Shown one piece after another: positions 48,210 through 48,416 of a DNA stretch of 48,416 bases (the stretch's first letter is position 1; every line of letters begins with the position of its first letter). Source of the DNA: Candidatus Hydrogenedentota bacterium (GTDB lineage Bacteria > Hydrogenedentota > Hydrogenedentia > Hydrogenedentales > SLHB01); assembly GCA_045863335.1 (NCBI GenBank), contig BTVY01000051.1, positions 1-48,416 on the forward strand, read 5' to 3'. The notes beneath the pieces are model-generated. The model did not search any database, had not been told where the DNA came from, and worked only from the letters and a program-made list of their open reading frames with translations. The translations under genes were made by a program, and so were the position numbers.

Positions 48210-48416
48210 TCGCTATCGGGATCGGGATCGAAACGTGAAGAATAAATCGATACCGATCCCGATAGCGATACCGATCCCGATCCCGATCCCGATCCCGATA
48301 CCGATACCGATACCGATCCCGATACCGATACCGATAGCGATACCGATAGCGATACCGATAGCGATACCGATAGCGATACCGATACCGATACCGATACCGA
48401 TACCGATACCGATACC
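48210..48416. repeat. Hexamer array CGAT(AC/CC/AG), about 28 units, with a short inverted left arm; runs off the window end
   Basis: TCGCTATCGGGATCGGGATCGA arm, a loop, then continuous hexamers from 48248 to the end. Confidence 0.93.

Noticed and set aside
48248-48416. Possible CRISPR array (also considered for 5260-5294 and 43414-43503)
   Set aside because: Contiguous 6-9 nt units with no unique spacers, and no cas genes in the window.

Overview
High-GC bacterial chromosomal window, mostly housekeeping and metabolic. The gene style (TAT-exported Gfo/Idh/MocA enzymes, DUF1080, ECF sigma fused to an extracytoplasmic tail) resembles Hydrogenedentota/PVC-type bacteria; this is a weak inference. 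Gene content in order: truA; a lipoprotein plus sulfatase-like pair; a LysM-M23 peptidase with a sigma54-like promoter; a cyclase-family hydrolase; a classical menaquinone cluster (menG-F-D-H-B-A-C-E, no menI); uronate isomerase and a fucose-isomerase-like gene; MauE/thioredoxin-like, Gfo/Idh/MocA x2, DUF1080, Rdx, pcs and DsrE genes; a sugar ABC binding protein plus permease with no ATPase; two large uncharacterised glycosidase-like proteins; tRNA-Gln-prs-rplY-pth-ilvN-ilvC; Zn-ribbon-accD-folC; a PqaA-like protein; an ECF sigma fusion; and an aldehyde dehydrogenase. I see no transposase, integrase, CRISPR array or rRNA. The most unusual signal is a set of several distinct short repeat families (5/6/7/9-mer tandem arrays, REP/MITE-like inverted repeats). 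They nest inside one another in intergenic spacers, two copies carry a central cassette in opposite relative orientation, and several sit inside one long HGGxSTG/terminase-small-subunit-like ORF without breaking its frame. All calls come from motif recognition by eye; no database searches were run.
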